In this document: positions 20,398-32,900 of the stretch, one piece after another
Layout: each line of letters starts with the position of its first letter
How positions within the stretch are numbered: the first letter of the stretch is position 1
Virus record (IMG/VR): IMGVR_UViG_3300050343_000117
Span: 64,001 to 128,000 of that record
Strand: one strand, 5' to 3'
From: a virus
Length of the DNA stretch: 64,000 nt
Program-made: the position numbers and the translations under genes
Notes under the pieces: generated by a model
Told to the model about the DNA's origin: nothing
Databases searched by the model: none
Seen by the model: the letters and a program-made list of their open reading frames with translations, nothing else

Positions 20398-20623
20398 TTT
20401 TATCCTCTACTAAACGAAAAAGCAATTCTTTTATTTGTGTCATATCTTCCTTTAATCCTTTAACTTCTTTGGATAAATATTCAATATGATTTTGCTTTTC
20501 TTGATTTGATTTGCTTATCTTCCGTGCTTTATCTATCTCAGCCTTGTTGGTATTTAGTAACACTCCAGTGCGTCTATCTCGCACTAGATTATTATGTCCT
20601 TCTACTTTTATATGCGACTTCAT
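20384..20623 (-). CDS. Small conserved coiled-coil protein of T4-like marine phages
   Basis: IKVEGHNNLVRD..TGVLLNTN followed by a coiled coil. Confidence 0.7.
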   Translation of the reverse strand: MKSHIKVEGHNNLVRDRRTGVLLNTNKAEIDKARKISKSNQEKQNHIEYLSKEVKGLKEDMTQIKELLFRLVEDKNEQQ

Positions 20624-20632
20624 GTAAAACCT

Positions 20633-23600
20633 TTAGTAATGAAAGACTAGAGCATTATCTTCTGATTGCCAAGAAGGGGTTACTGATCCACCCGCATCTC
20701 TATATTCATCTGTGTATCGAATACCGATCGGTATATCCAACCAATCAAAAGTCTCACCACTGTGAGTAGTGGATAGGTTGACACTATAGTTACCTGAAGC
20801 TTCAGAAGTAATCGTGTTCACAAACTCTGTACCATAGTTCATAGTAACAGTACCCGTAGTAGACCATTCCGGACCAAATGTGTATGTTATTGGATAGTAG
20901 TGTGTGTTATGACCTTCTGGTCTTTCGATCCCGTAAGTTATGAATCTAACATCATGTTGAGTACCATTTACAGATGAATCCGTTTCAATATATATTGGTT
21001 GAACTGTTGCTTGACCTTCTGCTTCTGAGGTCATTTCTGGACTATATGGATAAATTGCGTGGAAGTCTCGACCACTTTCCCAATATACGCCATCATGAGC
21101 GACAGCTACAACGATGCCTTCGTCTGTATCGACCGTCATACGGTCTCCAACAGGCAAGTCATAATTGAACGTGAGTGTTTGGATGATATCGCCAGCTGGT
21201 TCATACAAATCACCACCAAATGCCTCACTAGTAGGTGGAGACAATCTAATGTCCATCTCTACAGTACCAGTATATGGTGTGGATTCACTAACACCCGACA
21301 TATCGGATTCAACTAGAATGAACCCTGTGCTACCCATTTCGCCCCTTTCAGAGACCGATAAATTAGTTGCAAAACTGTCACCGACATGATCGTAGGTTGT
21401 TTTGTTTCGAAGTACCGACACACCGTCACTTGTGTGAGACATGAGCGGATCATTCGGATCATTATCATTAGGTATTTCATAATCGTTGATTTTTTTCAGG
21501 GTGCTTGTAATTCCAAATCTTTCTAGATAGTCAAAGAAGTTATTATCTGGACCGTCAGTAAATTGTTGAATAGGTCTATCCAACCACTGACTAGTATGCA
21601 CTAGAGTTCGTGTTCCAACATCCGTAGCGTTTACTTGACTATAGACTTTCAACGATCCATCAAGGTGGAACTCAAGATTGAATCTGACTCCTCTAGGCTC
21701 CCAACCAGATGTACCTGACCACTCTCTACCCACATCGCGGCTACTTGCTGATATTGTTGGAACGGTCTCAGCGAAAAGCGAACTTATGTCTCTGACCTCA
21801 TTGGTCTCGCTTCCGGTGTCGGTATTAGTTTCGCCACCTGTATTAGTTTCGCCGCCGGTGTCTGTATTAGTTTCTCCGCCGGTGTCTGTGCTACTAGTAG
21901 TGTCTGTACTACCACTATTGTTACTTGAACTTGATGTGGTAGTAGTACCTGTGGAACCCGAACCTCCTGTTATCAGAGCGATTGCACGTAAGTCTTTAAT
22001 TAAAGGAGACTTAGAAGAGTTCTCTGAATGCATTACAATCTTAATCTGGAATGCGGTAAACTGTTCTGACTCATGAGTATACTCATACTCTGGGAAATTA
22101 GATGGGTTGTCGCTTGTAGGAATTGCTCTGTCTATATCAACCTTTACCCATTCGTGTATGGATTCTCCTTCTACAGCAGTAGATGCTACCAAGGTGTCTT
22201 CGTCTGGTGCTGTCTTAACATAGACTTCAAAGTCAGAACCAGATGGTCGGTTACCTGAAAATATTACCTTCAGACCAAGTGAGGACTCATCAACAACAAC
22301 TGGTGTTGTGATGTGTTGCGCAGCATATGCAAACGTGGTATAATCCGGTGTATCTGTATTAGGATCATATACATCGTGATCAATTACGTTTTCTAGTGTC
22401 ATAACCGCAACACGTTGAAGGTCAATTACAGGAGAAACTTTTGGATCTGCTGTGACCAATGATAGGTTCAATTTTAACGTTTCAGTAGATACGTTTTCAG
22501 AAGAAGCAACAATCTTTGGTAGAGAGTTCAAATTATATTCATTTACAAAGACCGGAACTTCGTCCTGTAACGTGTATACAAACTGATCTGTTGTACGACT
22601 GTCTGAAGAAGAACCATAGGATTTTGCGACAGGCGCAATCAACCCTGCATTTATTTTAGTAGTGTTAGGTACTACTGCTTGGATCTGTGGCACGAACGTA
22701 TCATAGTAGACTTGCTGTGAAGCGATAACCGCATTACCACCACCAGATGAACTAGCGCTTGCTACAGTAGGAACCTTAACATAATAACCGTCCCATGTTG
22801 GTTCATATACTTCAAGTAGACCGTTCATTTCTGAAGCGGGAACTCCACCAATATCATTGACAACGCCTGAGATAGAAACTATATCTTCGTCACTGAATCC
22901 GTGACCTTGATGATAAATCTTTACTATTCCGTTGTTAGCAATATCATCTGTATGAGTCAGACCGGCAACAGTTTCAATAGGATTAAATTCTAATGTGACT
23001 TTAGGTAAAGGTGCATTATCTAATACTAAATTACCTGATGTTTCAAAATTAGCTCGATGTAACTTGAACATCAAGTCTTTACTTTGATCTGGTGTCCATG
23101 TGCTAGAGTTTTGAGATAAGAATAATGAACCTAGAGTAGAAATTCTTGGAGCCTTATCTTGATTACTACCTATGACAAACTCTTCTGATTCCGAAATATA
23201 TACGTTATACTCTACGGATTCACTGAATAATATTATCGCATATTCTTTACCACCTGTCAAGTAAATCGGTTCGTCAAACTCAACAGCAGTTGCGCCAGTA
23301 GTCACTAGTGTATTCATTCCTTCGTTTTCACCTGAAATAGAATCATATGAAGTGACAGTAACATCATCGGAATTGACAAACACAACTGAGCCTGGAACGA
23401 CCTGATTGGTAGGAACTCCATTCTCTACCGTACGAATCTCAACCTGTAGTGGAGCAGTACTATCCTTAGACTCCATGAATACGTCTAGCTGAGTTAGGAA
23501 TATACCGTTAGGGTTTTCAATCTGGTCAACGAAGAATGTCTGCGCTAAAGGATCATTACGTCCTTCACTTCTGTAGATTCTTCTAGTAGTATCGATATTA

Positions 23601-26600
23601 CCCTGAGCGGTATCTAAAGCACCTTGTGATGAATAGAACGCAGATGTAGATATAGTAGACTCAGCGTCATACAGACTTACGTCTAACAACTCAAACTTTT
23701 GAGTTCCTGTTCTAAACTTCAAAGATTCTGTATTAGGTAAGAAGAATGATCCGATTAGCTCACCCTTATTATCTGTCTGCAAGAGAGTTGGTCCACCTAA
23801 GTCTGCTGGATATCCTGATTCGTTTGCATACTCACTACCAAATTCTTGTGGATTATCCGCAAATCTTTGTGTGGTTGATTCCTGTCGAACCCAATCACTT
23901 ACGTCTACACCGTCAAAGTATGCAAACATCTTAGTGTTAGGACGAAGTCCTTTGGCGACGAAGTTGATTCTACGAGAACGCATATACGGAATGATTTGCT
24001 GTCCACCAATAGTTTCACCAAGCAAGTCTTGTGCGTGAACCATATTTTCATATTTGTATTGATATTCAGCCAAAGGCATATGTAAGTTACTATTGAATGA
24101 CGTTACACTACCGTCGATCCAATTATAACTACCGCCGTACCACAAATCTTCTTGAGTGTGATAAATGCTTTGTATTACCGGAGGCAAATCTCTAGATTCT
24201 CTCCACTCATCCGATGATGGAGACAATTCTAAATTACCGATATACGATACTACAGTATGAGGATTAACATTAATAAAACTAGTAGCAAGTTCCTGTTCGG
24301 TGAATTCGACTTCAACATATGGTAGGGTAACCAAATCACCCTTCTTGCTTATTACGGTATCAACGTTATCTGCGCTATATGATAGTCGTACTGAATTTTC
24401 ACGAAAAGATGCCTGTAACAATCCACTTCTATCAACGGACGCTCTATAGTTCTCGTTATTAATGTCAGAGTAGTCGAATGTGCTAAAATTATCAGCGAAG
24501 AATCCTGACTTAACTCTTGACTGCCCTTGGTTATCAGTAATGACTAGGGACTGAGTATTAGTTTCCAAGAAACTCAATGCAGTCCTTTCATACAACTCAT
24601 CCAAACGTCGTTCTAATTTTGCGATATCTTTCATAGTATATCGCTTGTTTGGAATATAAGCTGTCGAAACGTCAGATGCACTGAATGTGTAAGGGCTCAA
24701 AGTAAACGTATATAGCGACAGTGAACCTACTGGAATCTCTGGTTCCTTTGGAGTTATACTAGGAACCCCCTGTATAACCTGTAGTTCACCAAACCCAATG
24801 CTGCTGTTTACTGCGTTCGCAACTAGAACGTCAATACGAGGTAAGTAGTATTCTATATCATTGATAGTGATGGCAGATGCATTCTGAGGTAACTCTGCGA
24901 CTACGTTGAATTCTCCGGTGTAACCAAATGTTCGGGAAGGTCGGAAGTCTAATACATCTCTTAAAGAGATGGACTGACCTGTCGCACTGGTATGGTTAGG
25001 GATATTTTCATAACTATCGTCTGCATAAGATGAAGCAGAGAAGAACGTGCTTCCGCTTGGTCCAGTATGTGTATAATGTGTGTATGTAACCTTTATCTCA
25101 GATTGGCCACCTGTAGGTAAAAGATATCCTGGCTTCAAGTACACGACAGCTTCGTCATAGAAGTTATCACGTTGACCGCCATCTAGATAAAACTGGTGAG
25201 TGATGTCTTCAGCAGCAGACCAATCTGTACCAGAACTATCTCTGAATAAAACCGATTGAAGAGAGATACCATCTACGGTATCTGTGAATACAGGACGTTT
25301 CTCCCAGTCTATCGATGGAAGAGTCTGTGTTTTTTCTGCAACCGTTATTGTTTTTGTGCGAGGTGTTGCGTTAGAGACCTCAACGTAATATGCAATATCA
25401 TGATTTTTGTTTGGCCTCAGACCCGAATATACACCCGCCATACTTGGTACTGATTCTGGACCAGTTAGAATAGAGGTTTCGGACTCTGCGATTATCCAAC
25501 GATTAGTTTCAACGCCAGACAAACTAATAACACCTTGACTATCAGACTGTATTCTAGTATATCTCTGTACAGTATAGTTTGCAGTAATCGAATCATCTTT
25601 TGGACTGGTTCTAGGTAGCGGGAACAGCAGACTATTGTTAGATGACTCATGTATTGTGCTATCTACTAATTGAATTCTTGGGGCTACCAGCGCCTGGAAT
25701 ATTATCCTGTAATGATACTGCATCAGCAAAACTATGATATCCTGTACCACCTTGTATTGAAGACATACGAATGTCAAAAATGTATAGTCGGTAACCAAAT
25801 GAGTCGGATTGTATACCACGGACGTTACAGAAACCTATTACAGATCCGCCTGATGCTGCGTTGTAGATAGCCAAATATCCAAATACATCTAATCTACCGA
25901 AACCTTCAGATGAGGTTGGGTCGATATAAACATAGTTACCATATGCAACTGGTACTGGTTCGTTAAATGTCTGAAGAGTTTGTCTTGCTTTTGGTACGGT
26001 AATATCCGTTTGACCAAATTCTAATCGATAACCATCTACATATGCTATACCTTCAGAAACATCTAGATTTAAATTAGTGTTATCCAGAGGTTCGAATATC
26101 GCAGTAAACTTATCTACAACATAGTCACCAGACTCTTCTTTTGTTCTTCGTGCAAGCAGATCATTAACTCGACTGTATGCATCGAATGTACTTACCTCGC
26201 GTGTGATAACACCGTTAACAACACGTGCGACAAATATAAAGTTTTGACTTATATCTACTTGATCACGAGTAGTAGGTGTTAGTTTGATCTGATATCGATG
26301 AGCGCCTGGCGCAGTGATATCTGGAACTTCGCCTTGGTTATCATATAGATTAGTATCTTCGCTCTCATCTACGATTGATTCTTCAATCACAAAACCGATA
26401 TCTGCCGTTGGTTCTGTGCTATACTTTGATAGGAAAGATTCTCCACCTTCCATGTAAACAAAGTGTCCCTGTACAAAGAACTCGCCTGGCGCAAAGTACG
26501 CTTTAGTGCCACGACCTGCTGCCGGAATTTCATCTTCACTGTCGTCGATTACAGTAAGAGTAGAATTATCTGGGCGAGTTAAAATGTCTCCTGATTCAAC

Positions 26601-27011
26601 ACGAGGTGCTTTCTCCGTGTCGGTTACATTTGAAGTATCTGTATATCTAACATAAAGAGTTGCTGGATCTTGATCTGGTACTGCACTATACACCTCAAGA
26701 ACAATAAACTGTATAGTGCCGTTAGTTAGAGTCTCACCAACTAAACTAGGATCTATAACACTATTAGCATCAAGACGAATATATTCTATCCTATTATCAA
26801 CTGTCGAACCACCTGGGCTGACTAGTGCACCTTCTGTAAATATGTTACGACCGAAACGTGCAATCTCTTCGTGTATTATTGTTTGTGATTCATTTAACTC
26901 ACGTGCTTGAAGAGCCCTACCTGAATTATAGAGTACACGATAATAACCATCTTTCGGATCGTAAAAATCGCGGTAAGTTTCTCTGAACGTCTTATCTGTA
27001 AAATCTGCCAT
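20633..27011 (-). CDS. Large baseplate/virion structural protein (VrlC/DUF4815-like), about 2125 aa, split by an extra base in the G-run at 25680-25683
   Basis: YYRVLYNSGRALQARELNESQ, APGAHRY, ARRTKEESGDY, KRYTMKDI, KSGFFADNF, DPLAQTF, WTPDQSKDLMFKL, KDLRAIAL. Confidence 0.8.
21780..21965 (-). repeat. Ser/Thr/Gly linker with (TNTD)TGGE repeats
   Basis: GGSGSTGTTTTSSSSNNSGSTDTTSSTDTGGETNTDTGGETNTGGETNTDTGSETN. Confidence 0.8.
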
Positions 27012-27019
27012 GATTTATC

Positions 27020-28411
27020 CTAAACGGTTATTACGATCTTAATATCTTCTTGTTGTTCTTCGTCGCGTCTGATTCTTGTTCTTGTCTCAATATATAGGAC
27101 TTCACCAGAGAAGCGATCTATACCATTTACTGGAGACAATCCACCCGTTGCGATAACGCCCGCAACCTGACCTTCTTGAACTACGGCCTCATTTTCTTCA
27201 AACTCAACAAACCCCGTTGATTCATTTTGATGGTAATGAACAACGTTACCGTCGGACTGATCAACATATGCCTTGGCGGTACTAGTTCCGCCTGTTATAA
27301 GTTTTCCCGACACAAATGGTGAGGTATCTTCTAATGTTAATGTAGGTAATGCCTTTACCGAAGTTCCGGTGAACGGAGCAGATCCGTCTGGTAGTAAAGG
27401 TGATTTGATAAGACCCATTTCACGGAAAGTATTTTGTGTGATAAATGTTCCGTTGACATTACCGTCTGGTTTGATACCGGCTAGAATAGAACTTGTTTTC
27501 AAATCATCTATAGGGTTCTTACCCAAACCTTCTGAGGTAGTTACTACTGGTACTGCTGTACAGTTTTCGGTATCACCGTCGGTTATTGTAAGCGAAGCGT
27601 AAGTATATCCAGAACCGTAGTCAGTCATTTTAATTTCAGTAACCTTACCATCAACGTCAATAACGGCAGTAGCAGTTGCGCCTGATCCATCACCGACTAC
27701 TGTGACTGTAGGTTCAGTTATGTAACCAAGACCCTGTGTGATTACTTTTGCACGAGTGACTTGACCACCTACAGCAGCAAGATGAACATCACGTTGTAGA
27801 TCTTCGATTGAATCTCCACCGTGGTAATCTGGTTCCGTTTCTTGTATCGGAAAGTGATTGGATGATAAGAATTGATAGATGCGCTCTGGAGTTATGGAAT
27901 ATAAGAACTTCCATGTATATCCATCTCCAGTTTCAAAAACTTTGGTATGGTCCCATGTGTTGGTAGGATCTATTGAATCTAGAAGATCTTTATGGTAGCC
28001 GTAATTAGGCTCGACCATAGATTGCTTTGGACTACCGTCTATATTCTTACCGTAATCAATACAAACGTATACTTCTTTAGCATCGTTCAATACGTAAAAT
28101 GGCGTCCATGGCTCTACGATATCCGAAGGAGTTGCGTCATCCCATCCAGTGTATATCGATCCCGATGACCAATTTACTCTCTTGGCAACGAATGTTGAAC
28201 CCTCGATCTTCTTGATCGATTGTAGGTTATGTCGGAACTCTCTTTCATCACGTGGACAGTCTACAGGGTCTATAGTTGTTTCCGAATTCTCTGAAACTGG
28301 AAATTCGTCTGATTTACCGATACCAATATAGTAGCTGTCAGAAGATTGCATATCTATCAGCAGATCCTTCGCTAAGCTCCTACTTAATGTCTGTCTTACA
28401 ATTGCTGCCAT
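27020..28411 (-). CDS. gp8: Baseplate wedge subunit
   Basis: YYIGIGK, RVNWSSG..Y, FYVLN...VYVCI, GDGYTWKFLY, SGEVLYIETR...QQEDIKIVI. Confidence 0.9.
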   Translation of the reverse strand: MAAIVRQTLSRSLAKDLLIDMQSSDSYYIGIGKSDEFPVSENSETTIDPVDCPRDEREFRHNLQSIKKIEGSTFVAKRVNWSSGSIYTGWDDATPSDIVEPWTPFYVLNDAKEVYVCIDYGKNIDGSPKQSMVEPNYGYHKDLLDSIDPTNTWDHTKVFETGDGYTWKFLYSITPERIYQFLSSNHFPIQETEPDYHGGDSIEDLQRDVHLAAVGGQVTRAKVITQGLGYITEPTVTVVGDGSGATATAVIDVDGKVTEIKMTDYGSGYTYASLTITDGDTENCTAVPVVTTSEGLGKNPIDDLKTSSILAGIKPDGNVNGTFITQNTFREMGLIKSPLLPDGSAPFTGTSVKALPTLTLEDTSPFVSGKLITGGTSTAKAYVDQSDGNVVHYHQNESTGFVEFEENEAVVQEGQVAGVIATGGLSPVNGIDRFSGEVLYIETRTRIRRDEEQQEDIKIVITV

Positions 28412-28447
28412 GTTCTTATCCTACGCATGTTAGAAATATTATTCTTA

Positions 28448-28455
28448 TATTTATA
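28448..28455 (-). promoter_or_regulatory. T4-type late promoter TATAAATA
   Basis: Exact consensus upstream of gp8. Confidence 0.8.
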
Positions 28456-28461
28456 ACGTTT

Positions 28462-29340
28462 TTATGAGTCATTTAAAAATTTGTTTAACCATGATTCTTT
28501 TTGATGATGATTCATCAATAAGTCTTTGTATATTACCGGAAGTTCATATGCACTACTTCTCCACTGGGAGACATGTTTAAGTGCTTCGTCCTTCAGCGGC
28601 TGTAGATATTCTTCGTAACTATGAACCTTCTGAGCACTTCCTTCAGTCGTCCTATCGATACAATATAAGTCGCTTGACATTGATAGGAAGTAACACAGAT
28701 TTCCCTTCTGGTGTTCTGCTAATAACTTGTAGGTGTATGCGTGATCTTCTCCGTTACCAATATCTTCGTTCATTTTTATTTGTGCAGACTTACGACTCTG
28801 CAACATAATGAAGTCAACCGACACTGGACGTTCATCAATAAACAAATGACTTTCTTGTGGTCCTAAGTTTTCGTGAGGAGCGCACATCGATGTTCCCCAT
28901 ACACTTGCAAAGTAAGTTTCATTAACTTGCCAGTAATGTCCCGAAACCAATTCCCAACTGCAAATAGAATCACATGGTACCACACCTAACACGTCAATAC
29001 AAGGATAATGCTTATAATGATTCCACAGCGACTGTAAGTACGACGGATATAAAAAATCATCTCCATCGATCTGAGATACAAAATCACAGTCACTTTCTAG
29101 AAATACATCTAGACATGCATTCTTACCGCGGCCGGGTTTGCCATTACTTTCCGTATTGACTACACGGAATGGTAGATTAAGTGCGCATACATCTTCGTAG
29201 TATCCTTCATGAATACTATTTACAACGATCACCACTTCCCATTCGATTGGTTCAATTTTGATGACTTGTTGGGCAGATTTAACTAATCGTGCTAACTTAG
29301 GAATGTCGTTGGAAGTCAACAACGTTGTCATCAATTTCAT
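28462..29340 (-). CDS. GT-A fold glycosyltransferase (GT2-like)
   Basis: EVVIVVN, SNGKPGRGKN, QIDGDDFLYP (DxDD), GEDH. Confidence 0.75.
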   Translation of the reverse strand: MKLMTTLLTSNDIPKLARLVKSAQQVIKIEPIEWEVVIVVNSIHEGYYEDVCALNLPFRVVNTESNGKPGRGKNACLDVFLESDCDFVSQIDGDDFLYPSYLQSLWNHYKHYPCIDVLGVVPCDSICSWELVSGHYWQVNETYFASVWGTSMCAPHENLGPQESHLFIDERPVSVDFIMLQSRKSAQIKMNEDIGNGEDHAYTYKLLAEHQKGNLCYFLSMSSDLYCIDRTTEGSAQKVHSYEEYLQPLKDEALKHVSQWRSSAYELPVIYKDLLMNHHQKESWLNKFLNDS

Positions 29341-29894
29341 TATTCTGCCTCAAAGAAGAATGTCTGAAATAATCTACCGTCGTATTGGTTTGAACCAAAG
29401 CCGGGAACTACACTGCGATGATAGTACATCGCATCATATAATACCAGTCGGTTGTAAATATTTTTAGATTCTGCAACAATGTCCCAGTCACCTTCAACCA
29501 ACTGGAATTCATTAAAATCTACTGGACATGAATCTTCATGTTTCATAATTCCAGTCTGTCTATGTTTATAGATTGCAGTTCCGGAATCTAGAGGCGCGTC
29601 AGGCGTTAGATACACGACTCCCGCATAGGACATTTTATCGTGATGAATCCATGTCTTGCAGTTTTCGGTAGTGTATTGGAAGGAAGTGTTATAGTTGTCT
29701 AGTGGAAAGTATGTTATTGCTTTTCCTATGATCCCCTCTAAAGAGTTTTTCATAGAATCAACATATCCACCAGCATTGGTACATGGAGATGTTCTTAGGC
29801 CGGGATAGTTACCCGACACATTAAATTCTAGACTTAAAGCATAATCCCGAACTGAGTCGGGATCTGCATAAAAATTATCAATTACTGTAAACAT
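29340..29894 (-). CDS. 2OG-Fe(II) dioxygenase (DUF6445-like); likely start MFTVIDNFY
   Basis: IDNFYADPD, YPGLR, WIHHD (HxD), AGVVYLTPDAP..SGT, NRLVLY....YH, GRLFQTFF. Confidence 0.8.
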   Translation of the reverse strand: MFTVIDNFYADPDSVRDYALSLEFNVSGNYPGLRTSPCTNAGGYVDSMKNSLEGIIGKAITYFPLDNYNTSFQYTTENCKTWIHHDKMSYAGVVYLTPDAPLDSGTAIYKHRQTGIMKHEDSCPVDFNEFQLVEGDWDIVAESKNIYNRLVLYDAMYYHRSVVPGFGSNQYDGRLFQTFFFEAE

Positions 29895-29912
29895 AATATA
29901 CCTGTATGTGGA

Positions 29913-29928
29913 ACCCCCTTTCGGGGGT
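29913..29928 (-). terminator. GAAA-tetraloop hairpin between the collagen gene and the oxygenase
   Basis: ACCCCC-GAAA-GGGGGT on the minus strand; weak U-tract. Confidence 0.5.
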
Positions 29929-29936
29929 GTATTCAA

Positions 29937-32900
29937 TTACGATATTTTACCAATCTTGACTCTTAGATTATTGCTATTGTCAAAGATATCAATACTGTTA
30001 CTTGTGAACTCAATACGTTCATTGGGTGCTGTCCCTGTATTTAGTAGTCCACTCATATCCACAAATCCTTGGTTATTTGTCAACTCAGTAAAAGTGGAAT
30101 TCGTCGTAGTATTTATTCTGTCAACTGTTGCCCTGTAAACACGACCAGTTCCAATATGCCAATAAACATCCCCAGCATATATAGTGTTCACTGTACGGAA
30201 CTGTCTAATCATAGCTGATGCAGTTGAGTTAATGTTACTAGGTAGATTTGCGCTGGTATCAAACAATACTGCATTACCAAATCCGCCGACTGGACCCTGT
30301 GCACCTATTGAACCAGAAACTCCCTGTGGTCCCTGATCTCCAATAGCACCTTGAGCACCTTGGTCACCCTGCGCTCCAGTTTCACCTTGGGCACCTTTAT
30401 TACCTACAGATCCTTGAGCACCTTTATTACCTACCCCACCTTGAGGGCCTTGGTCACCTTGTGGTCCATCCTCACCTTGGGCACCTTTATTACCTACAGA
30501 TCCTTGAGCACCTTTATTACCTACGGCACCTTGAGCACCTTGGTCACCTACAGATCCTTGAGCACCTTTATTACCTACCCCACCTTGAGGGCCTTGGTCA
30601 CCTTGAGGACCATCTTCACCCTGAGCACCTTTATTACCTACGGCACCCTGAGCACCTTTATTACCTACGGCACCTTGAGCACCTTGGTCACCTACAGCAC
30701 CCTGATTACCTACTAGACCTTGAGCACCTTGGTAACCAACTGCTCCCTGACCACCTTGTTCACCCTGATTACCTACTAGACCTTGAGCACCTTGGTAGCC
30801 TACGGGACCTTGACCACCTTGTTCACCTTGTGGTCCGACTAGACCTTGAGCACCTTGGAATCCAACCGCACCTTGGGCACCCTGCTCACCTTGTGGTCCG
30901 ACTAGACCTTGAGCACCCTGATAACCAACTGCTCCCTGACCACCCTGTTCACCCTGTGGTCCGACTAGACCCTGTGCACCTTGGAAACCAACTGCACCCT
31001 GTGCACCCTGCTCACCTTGTGGTCCGACTAGACCTTGAGCACCTTGGTAACCAACTTCACCTTGGCCTCCCTGCTCACCTTGAGGACCAACTAGACCCTG
31101 TGCACCTCTGAATCCGACCGGACCTTGTTCGCCCTGTTCTCCTTGATTACCTACTAGTCCCTGTGCACCTTGGAAACCAACTGCACCCTGTGCACCCTGT
31201 TCTCCTTGTGGTCCAACTAGACCTTGAGCACCTTGGAATCCAACTTCACCCTGAGAACCTTGTTCTCCTTGTGGTCCAACTAGACCCTGTGCGCCTCTGA
31301 ATCCGACCGGACCTTGACCGCCTTGTTCACCTTGATTACCAACTAGACCCTGTGCCCCTTGGAATCCAACTTCACCTTGGGAACCTTGTTCACCCTGTGG
31401 TCCGACTAGACCCTGTGCACCTTGGAAACCTACAGCACCCTGACCACCCTGTTCTCCTTGAGGACCTACTAAACCTTGAGCTCCACGCTCGCCTTGATTT
31501 CCTTTATCCCCTTGTTCTCCTTGGTTACCTACTAGACCTTGAGCACCTTGAACACCGACAGCACCTTGGGAACCTTGCTCACCCTGTGGTCCAACTAGAC
31601 CTTGAGCACCTTGGAAACCAACTGCGCCTTGAGCACCTTGCTCTCCTTGATTACCTACTAGACCCTGTGCACCTTGGAAACCTACAGCACCTTGCGGTCC
31701 AGTGTCACCTTGAGCACCAGAATCACCTTGAGCACCCTGATCACCTACAGCACCTTGATTACCTACTAGACCCTGTGCACCCGCATTACCCTGCGCACCA
31801 GTATCACCTTGAGCACCCTGATCACCTACAGCACCTTGATTACCTACTAGACCCTGTGCACCTTGGAAACCTACAGCACCCTGTGCACCAGCTTGACCCT
31901 GTGCACCCGCACTACCCTGAGAACCAACTGTACCTTGCGGTCCTACAATACCCTGTGCGCCAGTTTCACCTTGTGCACCAGTATCACCTTCAGCACCTTG
32001 TGGACCTGCGTCACCTGTAGCACCTTGTGGACCTATCGGGCCTGGGGTTGTACCTGCTGGTCCTTGAGGACCCGCATCGCCAGGCAATCCTTGTGGACCT
32101 ACTGGGCCTGGCGTAGTTCCTGCTGGACCTTTAGGGCCTGGATCACCAGTAAGACCTTGACCACCCTGCGCTCCAGTTTCACCAGTTGCACCTTTTTCTC
32201 CTGTGGCTCCAGTTTCACCTTGTGCACCAGTGTCTCCGACTGCACCTTGAGGACCAACTAGACCCTGTGCACCAGTGTCTCCCTGAGCACCTTTATCACC
32301 AACGTTACCTTGAACGCCAACAGAACCTTGAAAACCTTGACTACCTTGGACACCTTTATCACCAACGTTTCCTTGTAGACCCTGCTCTCCTTGTTCTCCC
32401 TTATCGCCTTGAGAACCTTTGTCTCCGACGTTGCCCTGAATACCAGCAGATCCCTGTGGGCCCGCTTCACCCTGAGCACCTTTATCTCCTACTTCACCCT
32501 GTACGCCGGTAGAACCTTGTGGTCCATCTTCACCTTGTGCACCACGAACACCGACATTACCTTGAACACCGACAGTACCCTGTGATCCTTGAACACCCTG
32601 TCCACCCAATGGACCGACGTTACCTTGAAGTCCAGTAGACCCTTGAGCACCAGCTTCTCCTTGTGCTCCTATCTCACCGACATTACCTTGAACACCCTGT
32701 GGACCAACCGTACCCGGCGAACCTTGAGGACCCAATAGACCAACATTACCTTGAATACCTTGGAAGCCCTGTGGTCCCCGATCACCCTGAGCACCTAATG
32801 GACCAACATTACCTTGGACCCTGTTCACCTATAGCACCTTGTCCACCCTGTGGTCCTAAAGGTCCAACGTTACCTTGGACACCTTGTTCACCTTGAGAAC

